From assembly GCA_015064415.1 (NCBI GenBank), contig SVSG01000002.1:76246-140245 (forward strand): a stretch of DNA of 64,000 bases, in the 5' to 3' direction. Of the stretch, positions 21,032 through 30,048 are shown piece after piece (within the stretch, counting starts at the first letter, position 1; each line of letters begins with the position of its first letter). Source of the stretch: Oscillospiraceae bacterium (GTDB lineage Bacteria > Bacillota > Clostridia > Oscillospirales > CAG-272). The notes under the pieces are model-generated. The model did not search any database. It worked only from the letters and a program-made list of their open reading frames with translations, and was not told the origin of the DNA. The translations under genes and the position numbers were made by a program.

Positions 21032-21083
21032 AAATGTTGACAAGTGAACATTTATCTGTTATAATGTTGACAAGTAAACATTT
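21032..21083 (+). promoter_or_regulatory. Promoter with two copies of a 22-bp pseudo-palindromic operator (probable MarR autoregulation site)
   Basis: AAATGTTGACAAGTGAACATTT (21032-21053) and tAATGTTGACAAGTAAACATTT (21062-21083), 30 bp apart. TTGACA 21037-21042, TGtTATAAT ending 21065. Confidence 0.6.
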
Positions 21084-21095
21084 CGAGGTGAGAAT

Positions 21096-21578
21096 ATGGA
21101 GGAACGCTTTGAAATACTTTCCCGCATGGTGTGGGGCGTGCACGGCAACGTGCAAAAGTTAAAGGTGCAGATCGCCGAGGAGCTTGGCATCAAGGGTGCA
21201 CACGTGTTTTTGATCTATTTGTTGCGCAATTATCCAAAGGGGCTGACCGCCGCAGAGCTTTGCGATATGAACAGCTCCACAAGCGGGCTGATCTCGCGCG
21301 AGACCTCCGAGCTGTTGCGCCTTGGCGTCATCACGGCGGACAAGGAAAGTGACCGCCGCCGGTACGGGTGCAAATATCTGCTGACCGAAAAGGGATGGGA
21401 GATGGCAAGGCGCATTTCCGATTTTGCCGTGGAGGTACAGCATTTCGTCAGCGACGACATCCCGAAAGAGGAGCTGGCTGTCTTTTACCGCACGTTCGGT
21501 ACGTTGCTGGATAATTTTGACAAGTATACGGGGCAAAAGCACCTCGTCGATTTTACAACACAGAACAAGGAGAAATAA
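21096..21578 (+). CDS. MarR-family transcriptional regulator
   Basis: Size and winged-helix region (LTAAELCDMNSSTSGLISRETSELLRLGVI..DRRR) are typical of MarR. Confidence 0.8.
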   Translation: MEERFEILSRMVWGVHGNVQKLKVQIAEELGIKGAHVFLIYLLRNYPKGLTAAELCDMNSSTSGLISRETSELLRLGVITADKESDRRRYGCKYLLTEKGWEMARRISDFAVEVQHFVSDDIPKEELAVFYRTFGTLLDNFDKYTGQKHLVDFTTQNKEK

Positions 21579-21579
21579 C

Positions 21580-22437
21580 ATGAGTGTAAAGATCATTGTG
21601 GATTCGGCCTCTGACATCAAGCTCAGCGCCGCCGAGCAAAAGGGAATGGGCTTTGCCCCCTTGAAAACGATTCTGGCCGGCACCGAGTACCGTGACGGTG
21701 TGGACATCACGCCCGATGCGTTCTATGAAAAGTTGGCCGCCAATAAAGAGCTTGCCAGCACAAGTCAGGTGACGATGGCGGAGTTTTCCGATCTGTTTGC
21801 CGCCGCCGTGGCCGAGGGCAACGAGGTGGTGATGATCACTCTTTCCAGTGGGCTTTCCGGTACCTATCAAGCCGCCACGGTGGCCGCCGCCGAGTACCCC
21901 GATAAGGTGTTCGTGGTGGACAGCTTAAACGCCACGGCAGGTGAGCAGGTGCTGATCTCTTACGCGTTGAAGCTGCGCGATGCAGGCAAGAGCGCGCGTG
22001 AGATCCGGGAGGAGCTGTGCGAGCTGAGAAAAAGAGTGCGCCTTTTTGTGCGCGTGGAGACGCTGGAGTATCTCAAGCGCGGCGGGCGCATCTCCAAGAC
22101 GGCGGCCTTTGTGGGCGGCCTTCTGCACTTCATGCCCGTACTGACGCTGAACGGTGAGGGAAAGCTGGAGAGCGTGGGCAAGGCACGCGGCATCAAGCTC
22201 AGCCACAAGATGCTGAACGACAGCGTGGCCGCCTGCGGCGGTATCGATTTCTCGATGCCCGTGCACATCACCTACGCGGGTGACGTGAACGACGGCACGG
22301 TGCAGGCGTATCTAGAGGACAGCAAGGACACCTTCTGCGGCAACGAGGACAAGATCGAGATCGGACAGCTTGGCTGTGTGATCGGCACGCACACGGGCCC
22401 CGGCGCGATCGTACTGGCATTCGTGCCCAAGGCATAA
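21580..22437 (+). CDS. DegV-family fatty-acid-binding protein
   Basis: MSVKIIVDSASDI start (ATG 21580), LSSGLSGTYQ, GTHTGPGA motifs. Confidence 0.85.
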   Translation: MSVKIIVDSASDIKLSAAEQKGMGFAPLKTILAGTEYRDGVDITPDAFYEKLAANKELASTSQVTMAEFSDLFAAAVAEGNEVVMITLSSGLSGTYQAATVAAAEYPDKVFVVDSLNATAGEQVLISYALKLRDAGKSAREIREELCELRKRVRLFVRVETLEYLKRGGRISKTAAFVGGLLHFMPVLTLNGEGKLESVGKARGIKLSHKMLNDSVAACGGIDFSMPVHITYAGDVNDGTVQAYLEDSKDTFCGNEDKIEIGQLGCVIGTHTGPGAIVLAFVPKA

Positions 22438-22452
22438 GGTGTATTTTCAGCG

Positions 22453-22482
22453 GCACACCGCCCGATCGGGCGGTGTGCTTTT
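22453..22482 (+). terminator. Rho-independent terminator
   Basis: GCACACCGCCCG / CGGGCGGTGTGC stem + TTTT. Confidence 0.8.
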
Positions 22483-22511
22483 ATATTTATATGTAAAATG
22501 ATCAAAAAGTA

Positions 22512-22540
22512 TTGACAAATGCGTGCGCAAGTGTTATAAT
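22512..22540 (+). promoter_or_regulatory. Promoter of the amino-acid ABC operon
   Basis: TTGACA 22512-22517, 17-nt spacer, TGtTATAAT ending 22540. Perfect palindrome TTTAGCGCGCTAAA at 22549-22562. Confidence 0.6.
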
Positions 22541-22597
22541 ATGGATGTTTTAGCGCGCTAAAGCACTAAAGTAAACAAAAGAAATGAGGAAAACGTT

Positions 22598-23455
22598 ATG
22601 AAAAGAACACTCACCCTTGCGCTGGCCATCCTGATGATCGCCTCCTGCGCCGTATGCTTCGCCTCCTGCAGCCAATACGAAATGAAATTTGGCAAGAACT
22701 TCTCCCCGCTGGATTCCCAGATGGACGTGCTGATGGGTCTGAACGCCAAGTCGATCGACGTCGGTGTGATGGACAGTGTCATGGCGATTTACTACGTAAG
22801 CAAGGACACCACCTACTCGGGCAGCTTGATGATCGTGGAAAATCTGGTGCTTGCCACTGAGCAGTACGGCATCGCCGCACGCAAGGGCAGCGGCTTGGCC
22901 AAGATGATCAGCAAGACCCTCATCGAGCTTGCCAACGACGGTACCGTCAACACGATCGCCGAGAAATACGGTCTGGCATCCGAGGTCTGCATTGACAAGA
23001 ACGCCACCGTGGCACAGCTGACCGCCGCTGAGCAGCAGGACTGGGATTACATCTGCGCACAGGGCAAGTTTATCGTGGGCTACACCGAGTTTGCCCCCAT
23101 CGCCTTCCCCGACGAGAACGGCACGCTGATCGGCTTTGACATCGAGCTTGCACGCGCCGTGGCCGCCAAGCTCAACCTGAATGTGGAATTCAAGCTGATC
23201 AACTGGAACACCAAGGAAGCAGAGCTGGAAAGCAAGACCATCGACTGCATTTGGAACGGCATGACCATCACCGCCGAGCGCGAGGAAAAGATGGAGGTCA
23301 CCATTCCTTACATGAATAACAAGCAGGTCGCCGTGATCCGCAAGGAGGACAAGGACCTTTATACCACCAAGGAAAGCATGAAGGACGCGCTTCTCGGCGC
23401 AGAGGACGGCTCTGCCGGCATGGAATGCTGCGTGGTGGTTGAGGAAGAAGAATAA
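22598..23455 (+). CDS. Amino-acid ABC transporter substrate-binding lipoprotein with apparently circularly permuted domain order
   Basis: Lipoprotein signal (LMIASC / FASC). aa 35-126 resemble the C-terminal part of GlnH/HisJ-type binding proteins. aa 156-281 resemble their N-terminal part. Confidence 0.8.
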   Translation: MKRTLTLALAILMIASCAVCFASCSQYEMKFGKNFSPLDSQMDVLMGLNAKSIDVGVMDSVMAIYYVSKDTTYSGSLMIVENLVLATEQYGIAARKGSGLAKMISKTLIELANDGTVNTIAEKYGLASEVCIDKNATVAQLTAAEQQDWDYICAQGKFIVGYTEFAPIAFPDENGTLIGFDIELARAVAAKLNLNVEFKLINWNTKEAELESKTIDCIWNGMTITAEREEKMEVTIPYMNNKQVAVIRKEDKDLYTTKESMKDALLGAEDGSAGMECCVVVEEEE

Positions 23456-23463
23456 GGTATTTT

Positions 23464-24120
23464 ATGAGCTTTTGGCAAATTACCCTACAGCTGTTAGAGG
23501 GCTTTGGTTATACCCTGGTCATCTTCGGCGTAACGCTGGCGGCGGCGATCCCCCTGGGGCTTTTGATCGCTCTTGGCTCTATGTCGCGTTTCCGCCCCGT
23601 TTGCGTGCCGTGTCGCGGCCTTGTCTGGATCATTAGAGGCACGCCCTTGATGCTGCAGATCATCGTGTTCGCGTACGGCCCCGGCCTTTGGCTGGATATC
23701 CCGATCCGTACGATCCAGGAGCAAATGCTGATGGTATGCATCGCGTTTGCCATCAATTACGCCTGCTATTTTTCCGAGATCTTCCGCGGCGGCATCCAAA
23801 GCATCTCGCAAGGGCAGTATGAGGCAGGGCAGGTGCTTGGCATGACGGGACGCCAGATCTTCTTCCGTGTGGTGCTGCTGCAGGTGGTCAAGCGGATCAT
23901 TCCGCCTATCTCCAACGAGATCATCACACTGGTGAAGGACACCGCGCTTGCCAGCGTGGTGGTGCATCTGGATCTGTTCACCGTTGCCAAGCAGATCGTC
24001 AACCGAGAGGTGATTTTGTGGCCGCTGTTCTACGCGGGACTGTTTTACCTCCTGTTCAACGGCTTGCTTACCGTGTTGCTTGGCAAGCTGGAAAAGAAAC
24101 TTGACTATTTCAAGGTGTAA
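23464..24120 (+). CDS. Amino-acid ABC transporter permease
   Basis: ~5-TM protein with an EAA-like loop region, placed between the binding protein and the ATPase. Confidence 0.85.
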   Translation: MSFWQITLQLLEGFGYTLVIFGVTLAAAIPLGLLIALGSMSRFRPVCVPCRGLVWIIRGTPLMLQIIVFAYGPGLWLDIPIRTIQEQMLMVCIAFAINYACYFSEIFRGGIQSISQGQYEAGQVLGMTGRQIFFRVVLLQVVKRIIPPISNEIITLVKDTALASVVVHLDLFTVAKQIVNREVILWPLFYAGLFYLLFNGLLTVLLGKLEKKLDYFKV

Positions 24121-24122
24121 TT

Positions 24123-24926
24123 ATGGCGTTTTTTGAAGTTAAAAATATCACGAAAACATTCGGTAATACCGAGGTGCTGAAGGGCATTGATTTTTCCGTG
24201 GAGAAGGGGCAGGTCGTGTCGATCATCGGCTCCTCCGGCAGCGGAAAGACCACGCTTTTGCGGTGCATCAACTTTCTGGAAACGCCCGATACGGGTGAGA
24301 TCGTTGTGGACGGTGAGACCGTTCTGGACGATCCCGCGCGTGCGGGAAAGATCTCCGAGCAGGAGCTCCGCAAAAGAAGATTGCACTTCGGCCTTGTGTT
24401 CCAATCCTTCAATCTGTTCCCCCAGTACACCGCCAAGGAAAATCTGACGCTGGCGGCGCAGTTGCAGGCAAAGGAGAGATTGAAGGCGCAGGGAATGCAC
24501 AAAAATCGGGAGACCGTAGCTGCCGAAATGCAAAAAATATCCGAAAAAGCGGATGACGTGCTTGCCCGTATGGGGCTGGCGGATAAGGCAGGATTTTACC
24601 CCTGCGCGCTGTCGGGCGGACAGTGCCAGCGCGTGGCCATCGGGCGGGCGCTGATGCTGGAGCCGGAGATCCTTTGCTTTGACGAGCCGACCTCTGCGCT
24701 TGACCCCGAGCTTACGGGCGAGGTGTTGCGCGTGATCAAGTCCTTGCGCGAGGAAAATCACACCATGATCATTGTCACGCATGAGATGGAATTTGCAAAA
24801 AGCATCTCGGACAAGGTGATCTTTATGGCAGACGGCGTGATCGAGGAGGAGGGAACCCCCGAGGAGGTTTTCGACAATCCGAAGAGCGAGCGCACGCGCG
24901 CGTTCCTTGCACACGATACAAAATGA
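24123..24926 (+). CDS. Amino-acid ABC transporter ATP-binding protein
   Basis: Walker [10 protein letters not shown], signature [15 protein letters not shown], Walker [13 protein letters not shown]. Confidence 0.9.
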   Translation: MAFFEVKNITKTFGNTEVLKGIDFSVEKGQVVSIIGSSGSGKTTLLRCINFLETPDTGEIVVDGETVLDDPARAGKISEQELRKRRLHFGLVFQSFNLFPQYTAKENLTLAAQLQAKERLKAQGMHKNRETVAAEMQKISEKADDVLARMGLADKAGFYPCALSGGQCQRVAIGRALMLEPEILCFDEPTSALDPELTGEVLRVIKSLREENHTMIIVTHEMEFAKSISDKVIFMADGVIEEEGTPEEVFDNPKSERTRAFLAHDTK

Positions 24927-24927
24927 T

Positions 24928-24965
24928 AAAAAGCCCCCGAAAGCAGTTGCTTTCGGGGGCTTTTT
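24928..24965 (+). terminator. Rho-independent terminator
   Basis: AGCCCCCGAAAGC / GCTTTCGGGGGCT stem + TTTT. Confidence 0.85.
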
Positions 24966-25006
24966 GTGCTATAATAAAAGGGATTTCAAGCGCGGAGGTG
25001 CTTTCT

Positions 25007-25906
25007 ATGAAGGTTTTGAATTTCGGTTCGTTGAATATCGACTACGTGTATGCCGTGGATCATTTCGTGCGCGCGGGGGAGACGATCTCCTCCAACGGCT
25101 TGCAGCTGTTTTGCGGCGGCAAGGGGCTCAATCAATCGGTGGCGTTTGCAAGATCGGGCGCTGAGACCTATCACGCGGGCGCCGTCGGCAAGGACGGCGG
25201 CATGCTGACGGATATGCTGAAAAGTGCGGGCGCGAACACGGATTTCGTGCGTGTGCGCGAGGATTGCGCCTCCGGACACGCGATCATTCAGGTCTCGAAG
25301 AGCGGTGAGAATTGCATTTTGCTGCATGGCGGCGCCAATCAGAGCATTGACGAGGCATTTGTGGACGAGGTGCTGGCGCAATTTGGCGCGGACGATCTTC
25401 TGATGCTGCAAAACGAGATCAACAATTTGGATTACATCATTCGCGGGGCCAAGGCGCGCAGGATGTTCACGGTGCTGAACCCCTCGCCCTTTGACGAGAA
25501 GATTCTGGCGCTGGATCTCTCGCTTCTGGATGCGATCATCGTCAATGAGACGGAGGGCAACGGGCTTTCCGGTAAGACAAAGGCCGAGGAGATCGTGGCG
25601 GAGCTGCTTTCCCGTTATCCCGCAATGAAAATCGTGCTGACGCTGGGCAAGCACGGCGCGATGTACGCGGATGCGACGGTACGTACCTTCTGTGACATCA
25701 TGCCGATGCCCGTGAAGGACACCACGGCGGCAGGGGATACCTTTACGGGGTATTTCTTCTCGACGCTTTTGCAGGGCGCCACGCCCGAGCGTGCCTTGAA
25801 GACCGCTACCGCCGCCTCGGCGCTGGCGGTGTCCCGCATGGGCGCCGCGCCCTCGATCCCCTCGCTGGAGGAGGTCAACGCGCTGCTTGCCGAGCGCGGA
25901 TGGTAA
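25007..25906 (+). CDS. Ribokinase/PfkB-family sugar kinase
   Basis: GSLNIDYV, GGKGLNQ, NETE and DTTAAGDTFTG motifs. ATG 25007 chosen because the track start lies inside the upstream terminator. Confidence 0.8.
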   Translation: MKVLNFGSLNIDYVYAVDHFVRAGETISSNGLQLFCGGKGLNQSVAFARSGAETYHAGAVGKDGGMLTDMLKSAGANTDFVRVREDCASGHAIIQVSKSGENCILLHGGANQSIDEAFVDEVLAQFGADDLLMLQNEINNLDYIIRGAKARRMFTVLNPSPFDEKILALDLSLLDAIIVNETEGNGLSGKTKAEEIVAELLSRYPAMKIVLTLGKHGAMYADATVRTFCDIMPMPVKDTTAAGDTFTGYFFSTLLQGATPERALKTATAASALAVSRMGAAPSIPSLEEVNALLAERGW

Positions 25907-25914
25907 AAGAAAAC

Positions 25915-25950
25915 AAAAAGCCGAATTGCAATCGCAATTCGGCTTTTTTT
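25915..25950. terminator. Bidirectional rho-independent terminator
   Basis: AGCCGAATTGC / GCAATTCGGCT stem flanked by an A-run and a T-run. Confidence 0.85.
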
Positions 25951-25957
25951 GATACCG

Positions 25958-26566
25958 TTATGGCACTAAATTTGAAAAATCCACCCATTCCAAGGGCGGG
26001 ATCTCGCCTTTTGGGGCGATCGAGAGCGCGTAGCGCGTGCCGTCTTTTTCAAAGACGGCAGAGGTGGTGTTTGCGGTGTCGATCTCGCGAAGATCACCGG
26101 AAAGGCCGGTGCCGTGATACTTGCCGACGGCCTCCTTGGCCGTCCACAAACGGATCAGCGTGGTGTCGGGATCGTCGGAGTTTGCAAATTCCGTTTGCTC
26201 GCGCTCGCTGAAATAGCGCGCGGCAAATTTTTCTCGCAGCGGGCGGATCTTTTCAATATCCAGCCCGACGGGGTGATTTTTCGATACGGCAACCGCCACC
26301 AGCGTCCCCGTGTGCGAAATGCTGAACTGCACGGGGCTGCCTTCAAAATAGGGCTTTCCGTTTGGGGTGACAGCCCAGTTTTCGCATACCGTTTCGGGGG
26401 ATATTTGCCCTGCGGCATAGACGGCAAGCAGATAGCCCACCACGCGCGTGCGGAAAACGTCCGCATGCATATTCTTTTGCGGCAAGCGACTTTCGGGGAG
26501 CGCACTTGCCGCTTTTTTCAGTACGTCCTGCGGGATATTGCCCGCGTCACACAAAAAAATGCGCAT
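25958..26566 (-). CDS. 4'-phosphopantetheinyl transferase (Sfp type)
   Basis: FSISHTG..GLDIEKI..WTAKEAVGK motifs. ATG 26566 lies 1 nt after the recG stop. The longer track N-terminus is rejected. Confidence 0.8.
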   Translation of the reverse strand: MRIFLCDAGNIPQDVLKKAASALPESRLPQKNMHADVFRTRVVGYLLAVYAAGQISPETVCENWAVTPNGKPYFEGSPVQFSISHTGTLVAVAVSKNHPVGLDIEKIRPLREKFAARYFSEREQTEFANSDDPDTTLIRLWTAKEAVGKYHGTGLSGDLREIDTANTTSAVFEKDGTRYALSIAPKGEIPPLEWVDFSNLVP

Positions 26567-26567
26567 A

Positions 26568-28709
26568 TCAGTTGATGGTCTCGGGGGAAAGGGTGAAGGC
26601 ACGGTCAAGCGCCGTGCGCAGAGCGGGATGCGATGCAAGCGTGGAATCGGCGGCCGTGAGGGCGCGCGCGTCCTCGAAGGCGGCGGAAAGCAAGCCCGTA
26701 TCGTCGCACAGCGCGGCAAGGCGGAATTTGACACCGCCGCTCTGGCGGATGCCCTCGTCAGCGGCACCCGAAAGGAAGTCGCCGGGGCCGCGCAGCGCGA
26801 GGTCTTTTTCCGCAATTTCAAATCCGTCATAGGTGGCTTTCATCGTGGCAAGGCGGCGCGCGGCGGTACTTTCGCCCGCAAGCGAGGTGGCGGACATCAG
26901 CACGCAATAGGACTTGCGCTTGCCGCGTCCCACGCGTCCGCGCAGCTGGTGAAGCTGCGAAAGTCCGAACCGTTCGGCATTTTCCACGACCATCAGGCAC
27001 GCGTTTGGTACGTTGACACCCACTTCGATGACCGTGGTGGAGACCAGCACCTGCACCTCGCCTGCGGCGAAGGATTGCATGATGCTTTCCTTTTCCTTGC
27101 TTTTCATTTTGCCGTGCACCACACCGATCGAAAGTGTGGGAAGCGCGGCCTTCAGCTCCTCGGCATACTGCACGGCGGCCTTGAGGGGGGCGCGCTCCAG
27201 GGGCGCTTCCTCACCGATCTCGGAAAGCAACAGCTCATCCGGCTCGGCATCGCGCTCCTCAACGGCGGGGCAGACCACGTAGACCTGACCGCCCTCGGCG
27301 CAGTTTTTTTCGATAAAGCCGTTCAAGCGCTCGCGGTAGCTCTCGTCCACCACAAAGGTGTCCACGCGCTGACGTCCTGCGGGCATTTCGTCGATGCGGG
27401 AAAGCGAAAGATCACCGTAAAGCGCAAGCGCAAGCGAGCGCGGGATGGGCGTGGCGCTCATCACCAAAACGTGCGCGTGCGTGGCCTTTTCGGAAAGGAT
27501 GGCACGCTGATTGACGCCGAAGCGGTGCTGCTCGTCCGTGACGATCAGCCCGGGTGCGGCAAAGCCCACACCGTCGGAAAGCAGGGCCTGCGTGCCGATC
27601 ACAATGGGCAAGCGCGTGGCGGGATCCTCGTCCAGCAGTGCTTCCTTGATCTTGCGCTTTTTTGCCGCCGTGGTGGCGCCGATCAAAAGCTCGGCACGGA
27701 TACCGAGAGATTGGAAAATGGGAGAAAGATCCTCAAAATGCTGGCGCGCGAGGATCACGGTGGGTGCCATCAGCGCGGCCTGCCTGCCGCTTTGCACGGC
27801 AAACAGCATGGCGGCGGCGGCGCATACGGTCTTGCCGCAGCCCACGTCGCCCACCACGATGCGGCTCATCGGTGTGCTTGTCATCATATCGGCGCGGATC
27901 TCGGCAATGGCGCGCTTTTGCGCGCCCGTCAGCTCGTAGGGCAATTGTGCTGTGAGGGGGGCAAGATCTGCCGCAGTACAGGCAAAGGCACCGCCCTTTT
28001 CCTTGCCCTTCTCGCGCGTCATGGCAAGACCCAGGGCGAAGAGGAAAAATTCGTCAAAGATCAATCGCTTTTTGGCGGCGGCAAGCGAGATATAGTCGGT
28101 GGGATTGTGGATGTTGCGCAACGCGAAGCCGAGCGTGGCAAGGCGGCGCTCCTTGCGGATATGGTCGGGCAGGGGATCGGTCATCGTGGCCGTGGCGGCC
28201 AGCACCTGTTCCATATTCTGCCCGATCAGCTTGGGGGAAAGCCCCTCCGAGAGGCGGTAGACGGGCAACAGATCCGGCAGGGGCTGATCCTCGCGCCATT
28301 CCTCGCTTTCGGGGGAGAGCATTTTATAGCTTTTTTTGTTCTTGCCCGTTTTTTGCACCTTGCCCCAGAAGCGGAAGGTGGAGCCGAGCAGAAAGCGGTG
28401 CTTGAGATAGTCCTGATTGAAAAAGGTGATCTCGCACGTGCCGCTCTCATCATAGGCGCGGAACTTGAGAAGGGTCATACGCCCGCGGATGCGGGCGCTG
28501 CGCGGCTCGGTGCCGACGGTCAGCACAAGGGCACAGCGCTGATCCTCCGGTGCATCGCAAAGCAGGCATACGTCCCCGCGATTTTCGTAACTGCGGGGGA
28601 AATGATAGAGCAGATCCTCGGTGGTGCGGATGCCCAGCTTTTCATAGGCGGTCGCCTTGGCGGGACCCACGCCCTTCAGATTTCTGATACTGTTTTCGGG
28701 TGCTTTCAT
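26568..28709 (-). CDS. recG: ATP-dependent DNA helicase RecG
   Basis: Wedge-domain N-terminus, Walker A GDVGCGKT, DEQHRFG box, helicase C motifs (QLHQLRGRVGRG). Confidence 0.92.
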   Translation of the reverse strand: MKAPENSIRNLKGVGPAKATAYEKLGIRTTEDLLYHFPRSYENRGDVCLLCDAPEDQRCALVLTVGTEPRSARIRGRMTLLKFRAYDESGTCEITFFNQDYLKHRFLLGSTFRFWGKVQKTGKNKKSYKMLSPESEEWREDQPLPDLLPVYRLSEGLSPKLIGQNMEQVLAATATMTDPLPDHIRKERRLATLGFALRNIHNPTDYISLAAAKKRLIFDEFFLFALGLAMTREKGKEKGGAFACTAADLAPLTAQLPYELTGAQKRAIAEIRADMMTSTPMSRIVVGDVGCGKTVCAAAAMLFAVQSGRQAALMAPTVILARQHFEDLSPIFQSLGIRAELLIGATTAAKKRKIKEALLDEDPATRLPIVIGTQALLSDGVGFAAPGLIVTDEQHRFGVNQRAILSEKATHAHVLVMSATPIPRSLALALYGDLSLSRIDEMPAGRQRVDTFVVDESYRERLNGFIEKNCAEGGQVYVVCPAVEERDAEPDELLLSEIGEEAPLERAPLKAAVQYAEELKAALPTLSIGVVHGKMKSKEKESIMQSFAAGEVQVLVSTTVIEVGVNVPNACLMVVENAERFGLSQLHQLRGRVGRGKRKSYCVLMSATSLAGESTAARRLATMKATYDGFEIAEKDLALRGPGDFLSGAADEGIRQSGGVKFRLAALCDDTGLLSAAFEDARALTAADSTLASHPALRTALDRAFTLSPETIN

Positions 28710-28738
28710 CCGGCACCTCCTTTCGGGATTTTACGCTT

Positions 28739-30031
28739 TTACCACTTGCAATCGATAAGGCCGTCCGCGGCGGCGGTAAGCGTCACGCCGTAGGGCGCGG
28801 ACATCTTGCCGAGGTATTCGACCACGCGCTCCGGCTTGATGCGGCGGGGCAGACCGATCTCGGACTTGTTGCCCTCCATCGCGCCCATGATGGGCAAAAG
28901 GCGCAGGGATTTGAGCGTGCCGTCCTTCTCGCTTTCCCAGATCGGGATGACGGAAAGGAACATACGGGGGTCGGTCATCAGACCGCAGGTGAAGTTTCTG
29001 GAGCGGGTGGCAAGCAGCTCGTGCATCGTGGCGTTGGGGTCGACGCCGTGCTTTTCAAAGAAGTCGGCGGGGCCGAACTCCACGTTATAAAGCTGAAGAA
29101 TGAAGTCACCGAGCGAGTAGAAGATGGGGCAGCCCTTGTAGACCTCGATGGGGCGGAGCAGGTGCGGTCCGTGACCGACAACGGCGTGTGCGCCCGCGTC
29201 AATGCAGGTGTGCGCGAAGTCGACAAGGAATTTGGAGGGGCTTTCCTTCTCCGTGCCGCTGATCTGGTGAGAGTGGACGGAGATCATGATGTAATCTGCT
29301 TGGAGCTTTGCTTCAAAGATCGCCTTTTTCACGCGCTCGATGTCGCGCTTGTCGATCTCGGTGACGTACTCGGTCGTGGGGCCCTCGCGGAAGGACAGCG
29401 TGCCAAGCACGGCCTCGCCGTCGGCAAGCAGGGGCAAATAGCCCTCCTTGCGCGTGATGTCGCTGGCGGCGTTGATGTGCGAGCGATCCGCAATGTCACG
29501 GATGAAGGCAAGCTCCTCCTTGGTGACCTGCATATGACCCTTCACGCGCAGACCGTTGATGCCCGCGCGCCCGGGCACGCGCTCAGTTTGTCTGCCTGCC
29601 ATCATGGGCTCGTTGAAGGTGGTGTTGACGGCGATCAATGCCACGCGCCCATTGGGGGTCTCCAGGTAGCGGGGGGCGGCGGCCTCGGCAAGATTGTGCC
29701 CCACGCCTGCGTGGACAAGCTCGGTCTCGTTCAATGCCTCCAGCGTGCTGTAAAGCCCCTCGTAAGAGAAGTCCAGCGCGTGGTTGTTGTTGAAGGAGGT
29801 CATGTTGAAGCCGAACTTTTGCAGATCCCCGAGCACGCGGGGGGTGGTGCGGATATAGGTGCCGCCGCTGAACTGCGAGCCGGGGCATTCGCCCTCCTCG
29901 TTGAGGGTGGTCTCCAGGTTGAAGAAGCGTGCGTCGCCCTGTTCGATAAAGGGGGCAAGCTCGTCAAATCCGACGAAATCATTTTGGATGCGGCGTTGAA
30001 TGATGGCATCTCCTGCTGCGGTAAATTTCAT
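28739..30031 (-). CDS. CapA-family (poly-gamma-glutamate synthesis-like) metallophosphatase
   Basis: FNLET, NNHALD and GHGPH motifs characteristic of CapA/PGA_cap proteins. Confidence 0.75.
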   Translation of the reverse strand: MKFTAAGDAIIQRRIQNDFVGFDELAPFIEQGDARFFNLETTLNEEGECPGSQFSGGTYIRTTPRVLGDLQKFGFNMTSFNNNHALDFSYEGLYSTLEALNETELVHAGVGHNLAEAAAPRYLETPNGRVALIAVNTTFNEPMMAGRQTERVPGRAGINGLRVKGHMQVTKEELAFIRDIADRSHINAASDITRKEGYLPLLADGEAVLGTLSFREGPTTEYVTEIDKRDIERVKKAIFEAKLQADYIMISVHSHQISGTEKESPSKFLVDFAHTCIDAGAHAVVGHGPHLLRPIEVYKGCPIFYSLGDFILQLYNVEFGPADFFEKHGVDPNATMHELLATRSRNFTCGLMTDPRMFLSVIPIWESEKDGTLKSLRLLPIMGAMEGNKSEIGLPRRIKPERVVEYLGKMSAPYGVTLTAAADGLIDCKW

Positions 30032-30048
30032 GATACGTATCCTCCGTT

